Part shown: positions 1-9,808 of the stretch, piece after piece | How the letters are laid out: each line of letters opens with the position of its first letter | How positions within the stretch are numbered: the stretch's first letter is position 1 | NCBI GenBank assembly: GCA_034432635.1 | Contig: DAOUBK010000101.1 | Coordinates: 263 to 64,262 of the forward strand | Origin: Roseiflexus sp. | GTDB taxonomy: Bacteria; Chloroflexota; Chloroflexia; Chloroflexales; Roseiflexaceae | Direction: 5' to 3' | DNA length: 64,000 nt | Position numbers and translations under genes: made by a program | Notes under the pieces: model-generated | Database searches by the model: none | Told to the model about the DNA's origin: nothing | The model's input: only the letters and a program-made list of their open reading frames with translations

Positions 1-1211
1 AAGAGGCGGGCGGTATGAACGTTTATGTCCGCGAATTGAGCCGTGAGTTCGGACGTCGCGGCATAGCAGTCGATATATTCACACGCGCTCAGACGTACAA
101 CGCACCGACTGTCGTTCCGATCGATCGGGGTGTGCGCCTGATCCACGTGCGCGCCGGCCCGCCAGCACCCTACGATAAAAATCGCTTACTGGACTATCTA
201 CCGGAGTTCATCGGGCGGGTACGCTGCTTCGCCGACGGTGAAGACCTGCATTATGACATCATTCACAGTCACTATTGGGTTTCTGGCGAAGCGGCGCTGG
301 CGCTGCGCCGCAGCTGGGGGGCGCCGGTTGTCCATATGTTCCATACGCTCGGCGCAATGAAAAATCTGGTTGCGCGCGGCGACCAGGATCGTGAGACCCG
401 CGAGCGGGTTGCGATCGAGGCGCGGATCCTGCATGAAGCCGACGCGATTGTAGCGGCAACTCCGCTCGACCGGGCGCAGATGGTCTGGCACTACGGCGCC
501 GGAGGAAGCAGGACTCACATCGTTCCGGCGGGGGTTGATCTGCGCCGTTTTCAGCCGCGCGATACAGCGATGGCACGCACCATGCTCAATCTGCCGCTGG
601 CGCCGCACCGCATTATTCTGCTAGTGGCACGTATCGAGCCGCTTAAGGGTATCGATGCGCTGATCGAAGCCAGTGCGCTGCTGGTGCAGCATCACCCTGA
701 GTGGCGCGGCGCGCTGACAGCGTTGATCGTCGGCGGGGGCAGCGAGGAGGAGCGGACACACTGGAATACCGAGCAACGGCGTCTGGATGCCATCCGGCAG
801 CGGCTTGGCGTCACCGATATCGTGCGGTTCGCCGGAGCGCAGCCGCAGGAACGTCTGCCGCTCTACTATACGGCTGCCGACGTGGTAACCATGCCATCGC
901 ACTATGAGTCGTTTGGAATGGTAGCACTCGAGGCGCTAGCATGTGGCAGACCGGTGATAGCAACGAATGCAGGCGGTCCGGCGTTCATCATCGAAGATGG
1001 CGTCAGCGGTTTGCTGACGCCGCCGTCTGATCCGCCAACTCTAGCGCGGCATCTTGAGCACCTGCTGCTGAATGACGACGAGCGTGCAACGCTGGGAGCA
1101 GCGGCACGGGAACGCGCGCTGCGGTTTGGTTGGGAGCATATCGCGTGTGACATTCTCAGCATCTACCGCGACCTGCTGCGACAGCGCGACTGTCGGGCGC
1201 GAGCAGGGTAG
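1..1211 (+). CDS. GT4-family retaining glycosyltransferase (MshA/BshA-like), 5' end outside the window
   Basis: ORF 15..1211. The frame stays open back to nt 3 (EAGG before MNVYV), matching the GGMNVYV region of MshA-type GT4 enzymes. The C-terminal SHYESFGMVALEALACGRPV block is typical of GT4. Confidence 0.8.
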   Translation, partial: EAGGMNVYVRELSREFGRRGIAVDIFTRAQTYNAPTVVPIDRGVRLIHVRAGPPAPYDKNRLLDYLPEFIGRVRCFADGEDLHYDIIHSHYWVSGEAALALRRSWGAPVVHMFHTLGAMKNLVARGDQDRETRERVAIEARILHEADAIVAATPLDRAQMVWHYGAGGSRTHIVPAGVDLRRFQPRDTAMARTMLNLPLAPHRIILLVARIEPLKGIDALIEASALLVQHHPEWRGALTALIVGGGSEEERTHWNTEQRRLDAIRQRLGVTDIVRFAGAQPQERLPLYYTAADVVTMPSHYESFGMVALEALACGRPVIATNAGGPAFIIEDGVSGLLTPPSDPPTLARHLEHLLLNDDERATLGAAARERALRFGWEHIACDILSIYRDLLRQRDCRARAG

Positions 1212-1286
1212 ACATCGTTTACACCAGTGCAACCTGTTCGTCTTCATCCACATCGTCGCCGCCAGCGGCGGCATCACGCGCGACGT

Positions 1287-2564
1287 ATGACGCCGCTGGT
1301 TTTGCGCGTCGTGCTGATCATAGTCGGCGCGCTGCTGGTGACGCTTGTCACATGTAGCGCGCCGCTTCTACCGCTCAAACTCCGGCAGGCGTCCGGCATG
1401 ACGCCAACGCCGCTCCCGACTGCGGCACTTGCCTCTGATCCTACGATAGTCGCCACAAAAGCGCCGCAGCCAGCGCCAACTCCGCTGCCAGTAGCAACAC
1501 GCACTGCTCTACCGACACCCACGCCAACCCTGATGCCGGGTTCTGCGCCCGGCGCACCGCCGCTCGATCCGCTGGGGCGCGAGATCGATGCATACCTGAC
1601 CGGACTCACCACCAGCGGGCAGTTTCAGGGGGCAGTCCTTGTTGCACAGGACGGGAAGGTGGTGATTGCGCGTGGCTATGGCAACGCCGATGAGAATGTT
1701 CCTAACACTGTGAACACGCGCTTCCGCCTGGCGTCGATCACCAAACAGTTTACTGCTGCTGCAATTCTGGCGTTGCAGCAGGATGGTAAACTAACCGTGG
1801 ATGATCCGATCTGCACCTACCTCGACAATTGTCCCGATGCCTGGAAACCGCTGACGATCCGGCACCTGCTGACCCATACGTCCGGTCTGGTCGACTACAC
1901 CGATTTTGCTAGTTTCGAGCCGACCGAGATGTATCCGGCGACGCCACAGGAACTGGTCGAGCGTTTTCGTCCTTTTCCGCTTGCCTTTGTGTCCGGAACA
2001 CTCTACGATTACTGCAACTCGAACTATGTGTTGCTGGGACTGATCATCGAGCGTGTGTCTGGTATGGCATATGCCGATTACCTGCTCCAGCGCTTCTTCC
2101 TGCCGCTCGGCATGACTGCGACCGGTTATGATACCAGTCGAGGCGCGATTGCTGATGGAGCACAGGGGTATGTTGTTCCCGGCAAGAAATCCGGCTTCCT
2201 CGATGCTTCGACGCTCTACGCAGCCGGCGGGCTGTACTCGACGGTTGGCGACCTCTTCCGCTGGGACCAGGCGCTTTCCACAAATGAGGCACTCGCACGT
2301 GAGCAACTGGAGCAGATGTTCACTCCGGCGCTGCGCGATTATGGGTTTGGTTGGAAGATCGAAGTGATCAACGGACGTCGACGCATCAGTCACCCCGGTA
2401 ACATGACCGGCGTTGCCACGTTCTTTGCCCGCTACCCCGACGACCGGGCGACAATTATTGTGCTGTCGAATATGGAGTACGCCAACGTCGAAGGGATCGC
2501 CAACTATATTGCATCGCTCATGTTTCCGCCGCCGCCGACGCCTTCGCCGACCCCGACGCAATGA
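1287..2564 (+). CDS. Membrane-anchored serine hydrolase of the beta-lactamase/PBP-like family
   Basis: Lies in ORF 1227..2564. MTPLVLRVVLIIVGALLV is a TM anchor, followed by a Pro/Thr/Ala-rich linker. An SxxK motif (ASITKQF) and a YxN-like motif (YCNSNY) are present. The start at 1287 is preferred because the 20 aa upstream are Arg/His-rich. Confidence 0.8.
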   Translation: MTPLVLRVVLIIVGALLVTLVTCSAPLLPLKLRQASGMTPTPLPTAALASDPTIVATKAPQPAPTPLPVATRTALPTPTPTLMPGSAPGAPPLDPLGREIDAYLTGLTTSGQFQGAVLVAQDGKVVIARGYGNADENVPNTVNTRFRLASITKQFTAAAILALQQDGKLTVDDPICTYLDNCPDAWKPLTIRHLLTHTSGLVDYTDFASFEPTEMYPATPQELVERFRPFPLAFVSGTLYDYCNSNYVLLGLIIERVSGMAYADYLLQRFFLPLGMTATGYDTSRGAIADGAQGYVVPGKKSGFLDASTLYAAGGLYSTVGDLFRWDQALSTNEALAREQLEQMFTPALRDYGFGWKIEVINGRRRISHPGNMTGVATFFARYPDDRATIIVLSNMEYANVEGIANYIASLMFPPPPTPSPTPTQ

Positions 2565-2567
2565 TGG

Positions 2568-3467
2568 TCACTGTGCCCATTCCGGGGCCGGCGCGACGAT
2601 GACCAGCAATGCGCCGCTCCGTGGATGCGGCAATTCCAGGCGTTCGGCGTGCAGGTGGTGGTGGAACGCCGGGACACCGCGCCAGATAGATGGACCGCCA
2701 TACTTGCTGTCGCCGATGAGCGGGTGACCTAGGAAGGCAAGGTGTAGTCGAATCTGGTGCGTGCGTCCGGTGAGGGGCCAGGCGCGCACCGGCGCGGCAT
2801 CGTCCATTCGTCGCACAACACGCAGTCGTGTGCGCATCGATTTGACAGTTCCACCCTGCGGGAGTGAGCGTCCAATCGCTTCGCGCGGAAATACGCGGAA
2901 CATGCCGCCGCGCCCTCGTCCATGACCGGTTTCGATGTCGATCTCATCAAAGGAAGGCAGACCGGCGCAGAGCGCCAGATATGTCTTGTGCACCGATCCG
3001 TCCCGAAATGTGCGTTGTAGCGCTGCATTGATATCGGGAGTTTTCGAGATCAACAGAACACCAGAGGTATCCCGGTCCAGGCGATGCGCCAGATGCAGCG
3101 GCGGCGCAGCGCCATCGCGCACTGCGAGGAATCGCGTCAGTGCTGCACGCAGATGCCCCTCCGCATCCCAGGGTGTCGCCTCAACGTAGATATTGATGGG
3201 TTTGTTGAGCGCGATCAGATCATCATCTTCGTACAGGATCATCTCCGGCGTCACGACCGGTTCGCGATAGATTCCGTCGGGTGGACGCTGAACCACAACC
3301 GTTGCGTCTGCAGGAAGACGCATATCCGGATCGCGCACACGCACGCCATCAACCCACACGCCGCCACGCGCGATCAGCCGCAGGGCTTCCGTTGCGTTGC
3401 CAAGAGCAGTCGTGAGCGCATCACCCACCGATGTGCCCTGAAATGTACCCGCTGGAATGAGAGTCAT
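2568..3467 (-). CDS. RluA-family pseudouridine synthase
   Basis: The catalytic motif HRLDRDTSGVLLISK and an S4-like N-terminus are present; length is 299 aa. Confidence 0.85.
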   Translation of the reverse strand: MTLIPAGTFQGTSVGDALTTALGNATEALRLIARGGVWVDGVRVRDPDMRLPADATVVVQRPPDGIYREPVVTPEMILYEDDDLIALNKPINIYVEATPWDAEGHLRAALTRFLAVRDGAAPPLHLAHRLDRDTSGVLLISKTPDINAALQRTFRDGSVHKTYLALCAGLPSFDEIDIETGHGRGRGGMFRVFPREAIGRSLPQGGTVKSMRTRLRVVRRMDDAAPVRAWPLTGRTHQIRLHLAFLGHPLIGDSKYGGPSIWRGVPAFHHHLHAERLELPHPRSGALLVIVAPAPEWAQ

Positions 3468-4572
3468 TGCTGCTTCTTATTTTATTATTCCTTACGGACT
3501 GTGTCGAGGGCGTTGCGGGTGGAGGTGCACCATTGAGATCAGCGTGGAGCCTGAATCCACAGGCACGACACTGGAACAGAGCACGAGAACGGCGGTTGTT
3601 GCAGGCGATGTATCCACAACATGCCTTGGAGGTATGTCGAGGATCAACCCCGACCACCGTACAGCCCCGTTCCTCAGCCTTGTACTCGAAAAAGGATCGC
3701 AACTGCGCGAACGACCAGCCGTGAATACGCCTGTTCTGAGCGCCATGATGCTGCCTGACACGGGCACGGATATTGGTGAGATTCTCGACCACAAGCGTGC
3801 TGCTGGGTGGCGTCGCGTTGACGACGTGCCTACTCAGCACATGGTCGCAGTCATGGCGAAAACGTCGTTGTTTGCCCCACATTTTGCGCAGGTGGCGCCT
3901 GGCCGACCTGGTGCCTTTCGACTGCAAGGCGCGGCGCAAACGAAAATAACGAGCCTCAATTTCACGCCAGCGCTTCTGACCCAGGAAATGGTTGTTGCTG
4001 GTGACGGCCGGCGTCGCTATGCCCAAGTCCACGCCAACGACATCGGACGTTCGCGCGACGTCAGGGGCGGGTATATCGACGACGATGTGCAGCCACCAAC
4101 GACCATCGCGGTGGATCAGGTCGGCGGTTACCACCTCGCCGCCGACGTACTTGGTGGCATAGGCAGGAATATGAAAAGGAAGCGTCATCCGACCAGCAGC
4201 GGTGGACAGACGGACGGTGTTCGCTTGCCAGTAAACCTTGAACGTGTGGACATTGTAACGCGGTGGACAGAAAGATGCTTGGGGTGCAGAGACCTTCCGA
4301 CCCTTGCGAGCCAGGGTGAGCACACTCTTCACGGCTTCCGTAGCCTTGCCCCTGGCCTGAATGTGCAGATCGCTCACCAGGTTGGGGTATTTGGCCTTGA
4401 GGGAGCGGTACGTGGCATGGTGCAGAGTGACGCCATTCTTCTGGCGATACTGCCAGCCATATCTACAGACTTCATTGAAGGCCAGCGTGAAGAAGCGCAC
4501 CGTCTCAGCGAGTGCTTGCGACTGTTCTTCGGTTGTATCGAGCAACACACGGATCGTCCTATTCGTAAGCAA
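3421..4572 (-). mobile_element. tnpB: Solo IS200/IS605-family TnpB (OrfB) homolog, probably degenerate; no TnpA
   Basis: RuvC-like triad contexts are present: VGVDLGI, LVVENLT and RLHADLNGA. The zinc-finger region reads TSKACCGYIAC...FQCRACGF, so the first knuckle is CC rather than CxxC. The start is TTG. The last 47 nt overlap the rluA-family start codon. Confidence 0.8.
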
Positions 4573-5018
4573 AATATACCATATGTCAGAAGTATTGGCA
4601 AATAAAGGATCTGATCGGCGCCGCCAGCCTGAGCCACATATGTTTGCATATCCTGTTAGCGACGCGGTTCATGAACTGAGACAGGCTGATAAAGTTAGAT
4701 TTACCGGATCTATAGACTTCTATCCCTATGATACGACGTGGGAGAAACACCGCTGACTATACCGTGCAGCGATAAACACGGTCAACAAGAGGAAACAACG
4801 AGACAGGGCGATTGCATCTTTTGAACCGCGCCGGAGCGCAAAATGCCCCCCTCTTAAGTTCCAGCCGCGCGTTCTCCCACGATCCAGCCCTCCAGCAGTG
4901 CGCACATAAGCCCTACCAGACTAACCGCACGTGAGTGCCGCGCTCATCCTGCCTGCTGTGGATGTATCCAAATTCTCCTGCGCTCCTGACCTTGCTATGG
5001 TGACACACATGTCCTATA

Positions 5019-5804
5019 ATGACAATGTTACCTGTAACCGGAGCGTATGCTATGACGACCGTAACCGCACCGCCAGCTGCCGATCGCTTTCCCTACGGAT
5101 GGCGCTATATCGAGCGGGTCGCACCCGATGGCACGGTGTCGTTCGAACAGGTTCCCCTGACGCTGGAAGATGTTGCACATCCACAGGAGGGCGACCAGGT
5201 GACCCACAGCGACCTGCATCAGCGTATCTGCGCGTATCTGTACAATGTCCTGCGCGGGTTGCTTGCCGGCATCCCCGGCGCTGTCGTGCTGCACAATGTG
5301 CGTATTGACTAGGATGCTCCCGACCTGAAGGCGCACGGTCCCGACCTGGCGGTTATCTTCGGCATCCGGGAATACAAAGACTGGAGCTCCTTCGATGTCG
5401 CTGTCGAGGGTGTGCGCCCCACGCTGATCATCGAAGTCACCTCCCCCGAAACGCGCACCATCGACCTGATGGTCAAACTCGACGAGTACGACCTTGCTGG
5501 GGTGGAGTTCTACGTGATTGTGGACGTGGTGCAACGGCGTGGGCAGGTCACGCCGCGTCTGCTCGGCTACCGGCGGACGCCGACCGTCTACAGTGTGCTG
5601 TCGCCCGATGCGCAGGGGCGGTTGTAGATCGAACCGATCCAGGTCTGGCTGGGTGTGCAGGAGCAGGCGGTGATATGCTACGACGCTTCCGGCAGACCAA
5701 TCGGCGATTACCCTGATCTCCAGGCGGCGCCCTCAACTGCCGAGCAGCGTATTGCTACGCTCAAAGCCGAACTCCGCCGGTTGCGCGGTGAAGAGAACGC
5801 CTGA
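5019..5804 (+). pseudogene. Uma2-family (DUF820) endonuclease gene interrupted by two in-frame TAG codons
   Basis: ORFs 5019..5312 and 5412..5627 plus the open stretch to the TGA at 5802 are all in one frame. The stops are TAG at 5310 and TAG at 5625. Uma2-like blocks are present: PDLAVIFG, PTLIIEVTSPET and a C-terminal coiled AEQRIATLKAELRRLRG. Confidence 0.7.
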
Positions 5805-5833
5805 AACTTTGTCTCCTGTGGTACAATGCAGCC

Positions 5834-8263
5834 ATGCGTTGTCTTTGGGGCGTCCTAGTGATTGTACTGTCGCTTATCGCCTGTACGTCGGAAACCGCAC
5901 TCAACGTTGCGCCTCCTTCCGATGCGCCTCTGTCTGTTTCGCCGCAGTCAAGCCCTGCTATGGTGCCCCCAGAGGCGGCGGGAACGTTGCAACCCGATCC
6001 ATCCCCCACTCCCGTCGATGGTTCGCCTTCCGCTGCCGCCTCACCCGACGAGGCGCTGGCGCGCGGGCTGGAGCGGCGTGAAGCTGGCGACTATGATGCG
6101 GCTGCTGAGGCATTCTTTGCTGCTGCCAATGCTGTGCCAGGAACGCCGACAGGACGCACAGCGCGCTTCTACCTGGCGGAAAGTTTTGCCCTCCGCGAAC
6201 GCTGGACATCGGCTGTCGAAGCGTTGAATGCTTTTGTTGCCGACGGAGTCCAGGACGATCTGACGGCACGGGCGTGGTTCTGGATCGCGCGTGGGCATGA
6301 GGAAGCCGGTTCGCACGCTGCGGCAATCGCTGCATACGAGCAGTTCCGATCCTTCGCCACCCCTGCTGAGACGTATGCTCGCCTGCGACAGGCGGCTCAG
6401 GAGCGCGCCCTTGGTCGTCTCGATGCTGCTGCTGCAAACTATGAGGCGGTTGCGCGTAGCGATCTTCCGCGTAGCCAGCGCGCTGCGGCATACGAGGCGG
6501 CAATTCAGGTGCGCCGCGACCTGGGGCAGTACGAGACAGCGTTGCAACTGGCTGGTGAATTGCTGACACTGGCGGAGCAACCGGCATACCGCGCTCGCCT
6601 GCTGGCAGAGTTTGCCGACCTTCCCTACAGCCAGGGTAATGCGGCACTGGCGCGCGCCTGGTTGATAGAGGCTATCGAACGCGCTCCGGCATCTCCATCG
6701 GCGCTGGCCGCGCTCGACCGGTTGCGCACCGATACAGAGGCAACTGTGCCGCCGGAACTGGCAGTTCGCGTCTACGAGGCGCACGGTCGCTGGTCTGACG
6801 CAGTTGCTGCGCTCGATGCTGCACTCGCCACGGCGGATGACTCACAGCGCGCCGATCTGCTCCGGCGACGGGCACTGGCGCTGCGTGGTTTGGGAGATTT
6901 TCCTGCAGCTCTGGCAGGGTTCGACGCCGCGATTGCTGCGGGTAGCGAGAGTGACGCCGGTATCCAGGCGCGGCTCGACCAGATTCAGACGGTTGGACAG
7001 AGTGGCGCCACCGAGGCAGCCATTCAGGGATACCGTGATTTTGCGGCAACTTTCCTCGATGACTCCCGCGCCCCGGAGGCGCTGCGTCGCGCGGCAGTGT
7101 TGCTCGACCGGCTCGGTGATGGTGATGCGGCGGCACAGCAACGTATCGACCTGGGCCGACGGTATCCGTCTGTGCCGCTGGCGCAGGAAGCCTGGTTTGC
7201 CGGTGGACTGCACCTGTTTGCGTCTGGTCAGGCAGTTCAGGCACGCCAGGTGTGGGAAGAACTGGCAGCTGTCGCCACAGGCATAGCCGCCCTGCGGGCG
7301 CAGTACTGGGCAGGGCGCGCGGCGCTTGCCACAGGCGACAGCGAAGAGGGGCGCGCTTTGCTCGACCGTGTGATCGCGTCTGCGCCGGATTCCTACTTTG
7401 CTGCGCGCGCCCGCGCACTGCTCAACCGCCAGGAAACCGGTACGATTGCGCCCGATGCTTCTATCGACGCCGACGCTTGGCGCTCTGTCGAGGAGTGGCT
7501 TGTCACCTGGGCTGGCGAACCGCCATCCGACACAAGCAGTCCAGCTGACGACCCCACAATCCGGCGTGCCCGCGACCTCAACGCGCTCCATTTGCGCGTC
7601 GAAGCGATGGCAGAATGGTCTGCAGCACTGGCAGCGCGCAACGATAACCCGTATGCGCTCTACGTTCTGGCGCGCTATGCGCATGAACAGGGTGCTGCCA
7701 GCGTTGCACTGCGCGCTGTCAACCGCCTGATCCGTCTCTCCCCCAGCGGCGCAGCGTCAGACGCACCGCTTGCGCTGCGGCGCATCCTCTACCCGGTTCC
7801 ATTCACAGCGACGGTGCTGGCACGATCACGGGAGTTTGGCGTCGATCCTGCGCTTATGTATGCGCTGCTGCGTCAGGAGAGTGCCTTCGATGCGGCAGCA
7901 ACCTCATGGGCTGGAGCGCGCGGTCTGGCACAGGTCATGCCTGCAACCGGCCAGGGTATTGCCCAGGCGCTGGGGATAGCCGAATTCCGCGAAACGGATC
8001 TCTACCGCCCCGATCTGAGCGTTCGTTTTGGCGCGTTCTATCTCAGTCGCCAGATGATAGCAATGAATGGCAGTATCGAGGGAGCACTTGCCGCATACAA
8101 CGGCGGACCAGGCAACGCGCGACGCTGGTCGGGCGGCACGACTGTCACCGATCCGGATCTGTTCGCCGAGCGGATCGACTTCGAAGAGACCAGAAATTAC
8201 GTCAAGTCGGTGATTGCCCAGTACGATGTCTATCGGCGTCTGTACCGCTGGGACGGGGAATGA
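5834..8263 (+). CDS. Lipoprotein lytic transglycosylase (Slt-like) with a long helical-repeat N-terminal region
   Basis: A lipobox is present (LSLIACTS). The Ala-rich superhelical region has the repeat character of the Slt70 U-domain. The C-terminal SLT domain carries the catalytic Glu context LLRQESAFDAAATSWAGARGLAQVMPATG. Confidence 0.8.
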   Translation: MRCLWGVLVIVLSLIACTSETALNVAPPSDAPLSVSPQSSPAMVPPEAAGTLQPDPSPTPVDGSPSAAASPDEALARGLERREAGDYDAAAEAFFAAANAVPGTPTGRTARFYLAESFALRERWTSAVEALNAFVADGVQDDLTARAWFWIARGHEEAGSHAAAIAAYEQFRSFATPAETYARLRQAAQERALGRLDAAAANYEAVARSDLPRSQRAAAYEAAIQVRRDLGQYETALQLAGELLTLAEQPAYRARLLAEFADLPYSQGNAALARAWLIEAIERAPASPSALAALDRLRTDTEATVPPELAVRVYEAHGRWSDAVAALDAALATADDSQRADLLRRRALALRGLGDFPAALAGFDAAIAAGSESDAGIQARLDQIQTVGQSGATEAAIQGYRDFAATFLDDSRAPEALRRAAVLLDRLGDGDAAAQQRIDLGRRYPSVPLAQEAWFAGGLHLFASGQAVQARQVWEELAAVATGIAALRAQYWAGRAALATGDSEEGRALLDRVIASAPDSYFAARARALLNRQETGTIAPDASIDADAWRSVEEWLVTWAGEPPSDTSSPADDPTIRRARDLNALHLRVEAMAEWSAALAARNDNPYALYVLARYAHEQGAASVALRAVNRLIRLSPSGAASDAPLALRRILYPVPFTATVLARSREFGVDPALMYALLRQESAFDAAATSWAGARGLAQVMPATGQGIAQALGIAEFRETDLYRPDLSVRFGAFYLSRQMIAMNGSIEGALAAYNGGPGNARRWSGGTTVTDPDLFAERIDFEETRNYVKSVIAQYDVYRRLYRWDGE

Positions 8264-8545
8264 TCACAATACCAGTTTGCGTTCACGAACCAGGCGCTGT
8301 TTGGTCTTCTTGAACAGTTCGTCGTAACTCAGACGACCCATAGTAATCTCGTATTTGTGCGCCTGAAGCATCTTATGAATCTCGGCGTCGAGGCGTTCTT
8401 CAACCAGCAACTCATCGGTGATGATCTGCTGCACCGCCAGGCGCAACTGGCTGTCGTCACCGCGGAACATCACACCGTCCACCTCTGCCAGATAGTCAAC
8501 CAGCGACGCTGACAACTGTTCGATTTTTGCCGGCGAAAGTTTCAT
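8264..8545 (-). CDS. Small DUF507-like protein
   Basis: 93-aa acidic helical protein (KIEQLSASLVDYL...KYEITMGRLSYDELFKKTK) recognised from memory as DUF507-like. Its stop abuts the convergent transglycosylase stop. Confidence 0.55.
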   Translation of the reverse strand: MKLSPAKIEQLSASLVDYLAEVDGVMFRGDDSQLRLAVQQIITDELLVEERLDAEIHKMLQAHKYEITMGRLSYDELFKKTKQRLVRERKLVL

Positions 8546-8560
8546 CTGACCTCCTCCGCT

Positions 8561-9808
8561 TCACGCCTGATCAAACGCCGCGCGGCGTAGCAACGCATGC
8601 TCGGCGCCCGCAGCCGCTATCAGGATTCGGCGCACATGTCCGGGTGCACGGATAAACAGACGCAGCATCGTGCGCGCCAGTTCAACGGTGCTCAGCGTGT
8701 CGGACAGATACCCCATCCATTCGTCACGCGGCAGACTGAAGAAGAGAGCGAAAAATGCCTGGATGGTTGCGCTGTCGCAGCGCATCAGACTCGCCAGCCC
8801 GAACAGGTACAACTGTCTGCGACGCAGGCGCGCTGGCGACCAGAGCGCCTGCCATCCGGCACGGGCAGCACTGAGCGGAGTGGCGCCCGCTACACCCAGT
8901 GCGTGTGAAATTGCCTGGGCAACCTCAGGAGCGCGGCGCAGCACCTTGCCGACCATATACCCCGACGGAGGATGCACCATACTTGCTGCGCCGCCAAACC
9001 CGATTATCGGCTGATCAAGGTACGGCAGCGGATTATTCATCGGGAACAAACACCGCTCGACGTGCACAATCTGCTGCACCGCCACGCCTCTGGCAGTCAA
9101 GCGGCGCTGTAACCGCTGTTCGAGCGTGGTGAGCGGCAAACCGGGCACATGCGCCAGCGATGTTTCCTCGACAAAAAACTGCCCACCACCCAGATCCATG
9201 GCGTACAGAAAGGTTGGCGGCTCACACCGTTCCTCAGCGGTCAGATGATCGGTGTGGTAGTCCATCAGCACCATTTGACTCGGACGGATCGGCGGGGTGG
9301 AGAACAGACCGACGATGCCATACGCCGCCTGGCGCGCCACCTGCGATGTTGCAGGACGACGCAGCAGTGCCGGTGAATGACCGCTGGCATCCACGACCAG
9401 CCGCGCTGCAACAACACGCCCGTCGCGGGTGGTCACCAGGGAATGTGTCGCCTGATGCTCGACGCGCGCTGCGATCCCGATAGACCACGCAACGCCGAAG
9501 CGCTCGCACTGATCGAGGAGATACCGCTGCAACCGCAGATTATCGAACAACCCATATGCACGATCAAGGGCAAGAGTGCGCCCCCCGACGCACACCACGA
9601 CATCCGACCAGCGATGCCCCAGCGTGTCACGCAGTTCCGGCGTCAGCAGTTCATCGAGCCACACACCGTAGGTATTCTGCCACGGTTTTGTCGGCGGCGT
9701 CGCCGAAAGCCCTGCCACGCGCAGTCCTGTGGCGCCCAGCGCAGCGGCAATTGCTATACCGCTCGGACCCGCGCCGACAACGAGAACATCATGCATTATC
9801 GTGCTCAA
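8561..9808 (-). CDS. crtL: CrtL/CrtY-type FAD-dependent lycopene cyclase
   Basis: The N-terminal dinucleotide fold is HDVLVVGAGPSGIAIAAAL. PWQNTYGVWLDEL and GHRWSD are blocks characteristic of CrtL-type cyclases. Confidence 0.7.
   Translation of the reverse strand: MSTIMHDVLVVGAGPSGIAIAAALGATGLRVAGLSATPPTKPWQNTYGVWLDELLTPELRDTLGHRWSDVVVCVGGRTLALDRAYGLFDNLRLQRYLLDQCERFGVAWSIGIAARVEHQATHSLVTTRDGRVVAARLVVDASGHSPALLRRPATSQVARQAAYGIVGLFSTPPIRPSQMVLMDYHTDHLTAEERCEPPTFLYAMDLGGGQFFVEETSLAHVPGLPLTTLEQRLQRRLTARGVAVQQIVHVERCLFPMNNPLPYLDQPIIGFGGAASMVHPPSGYMVGKVLRRAPEVAQAISHALGVAGATPLSAARAGWQALWSPARLRRRQLYLFGLASLMRCDSATIQAFFALFFSLPRDEWMGYLSDTLSTVELARTMLRLFIRAPGHVRRILIAAAGAEHALLRRAAFDQA

Noticed and set aside
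3457-4605. Long antisense ORFs opposite well-supported genes. Examples are 3457-4605 (+), 21526-22875 (+), 34707-35606 (+), 36830-37846 (+), 38715-39938 (+), 57461-58087 (+) and 60580-61503 (-).
   Set aside because: All lie opposite ORFs with clear family motifs. They have Arg/Pro/Gly/His-rich low-complexity composition typical of spurious frames in GC-rich DNA, and they carry no recognisable motif.
5310-5627. Pyrrolysine or programmed amber recoding as the explanation for the in-frame TAG codons.
   Set aside because: No pyl genes or PYLIS-like context are visible, and the lineage is not known for amber recoding. The affected genes (a Uma2 family member and a frameshifted small gene) belong to classes that commonly decay. 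The idea is kept only as a low-priority check inside the Uma2 finding.
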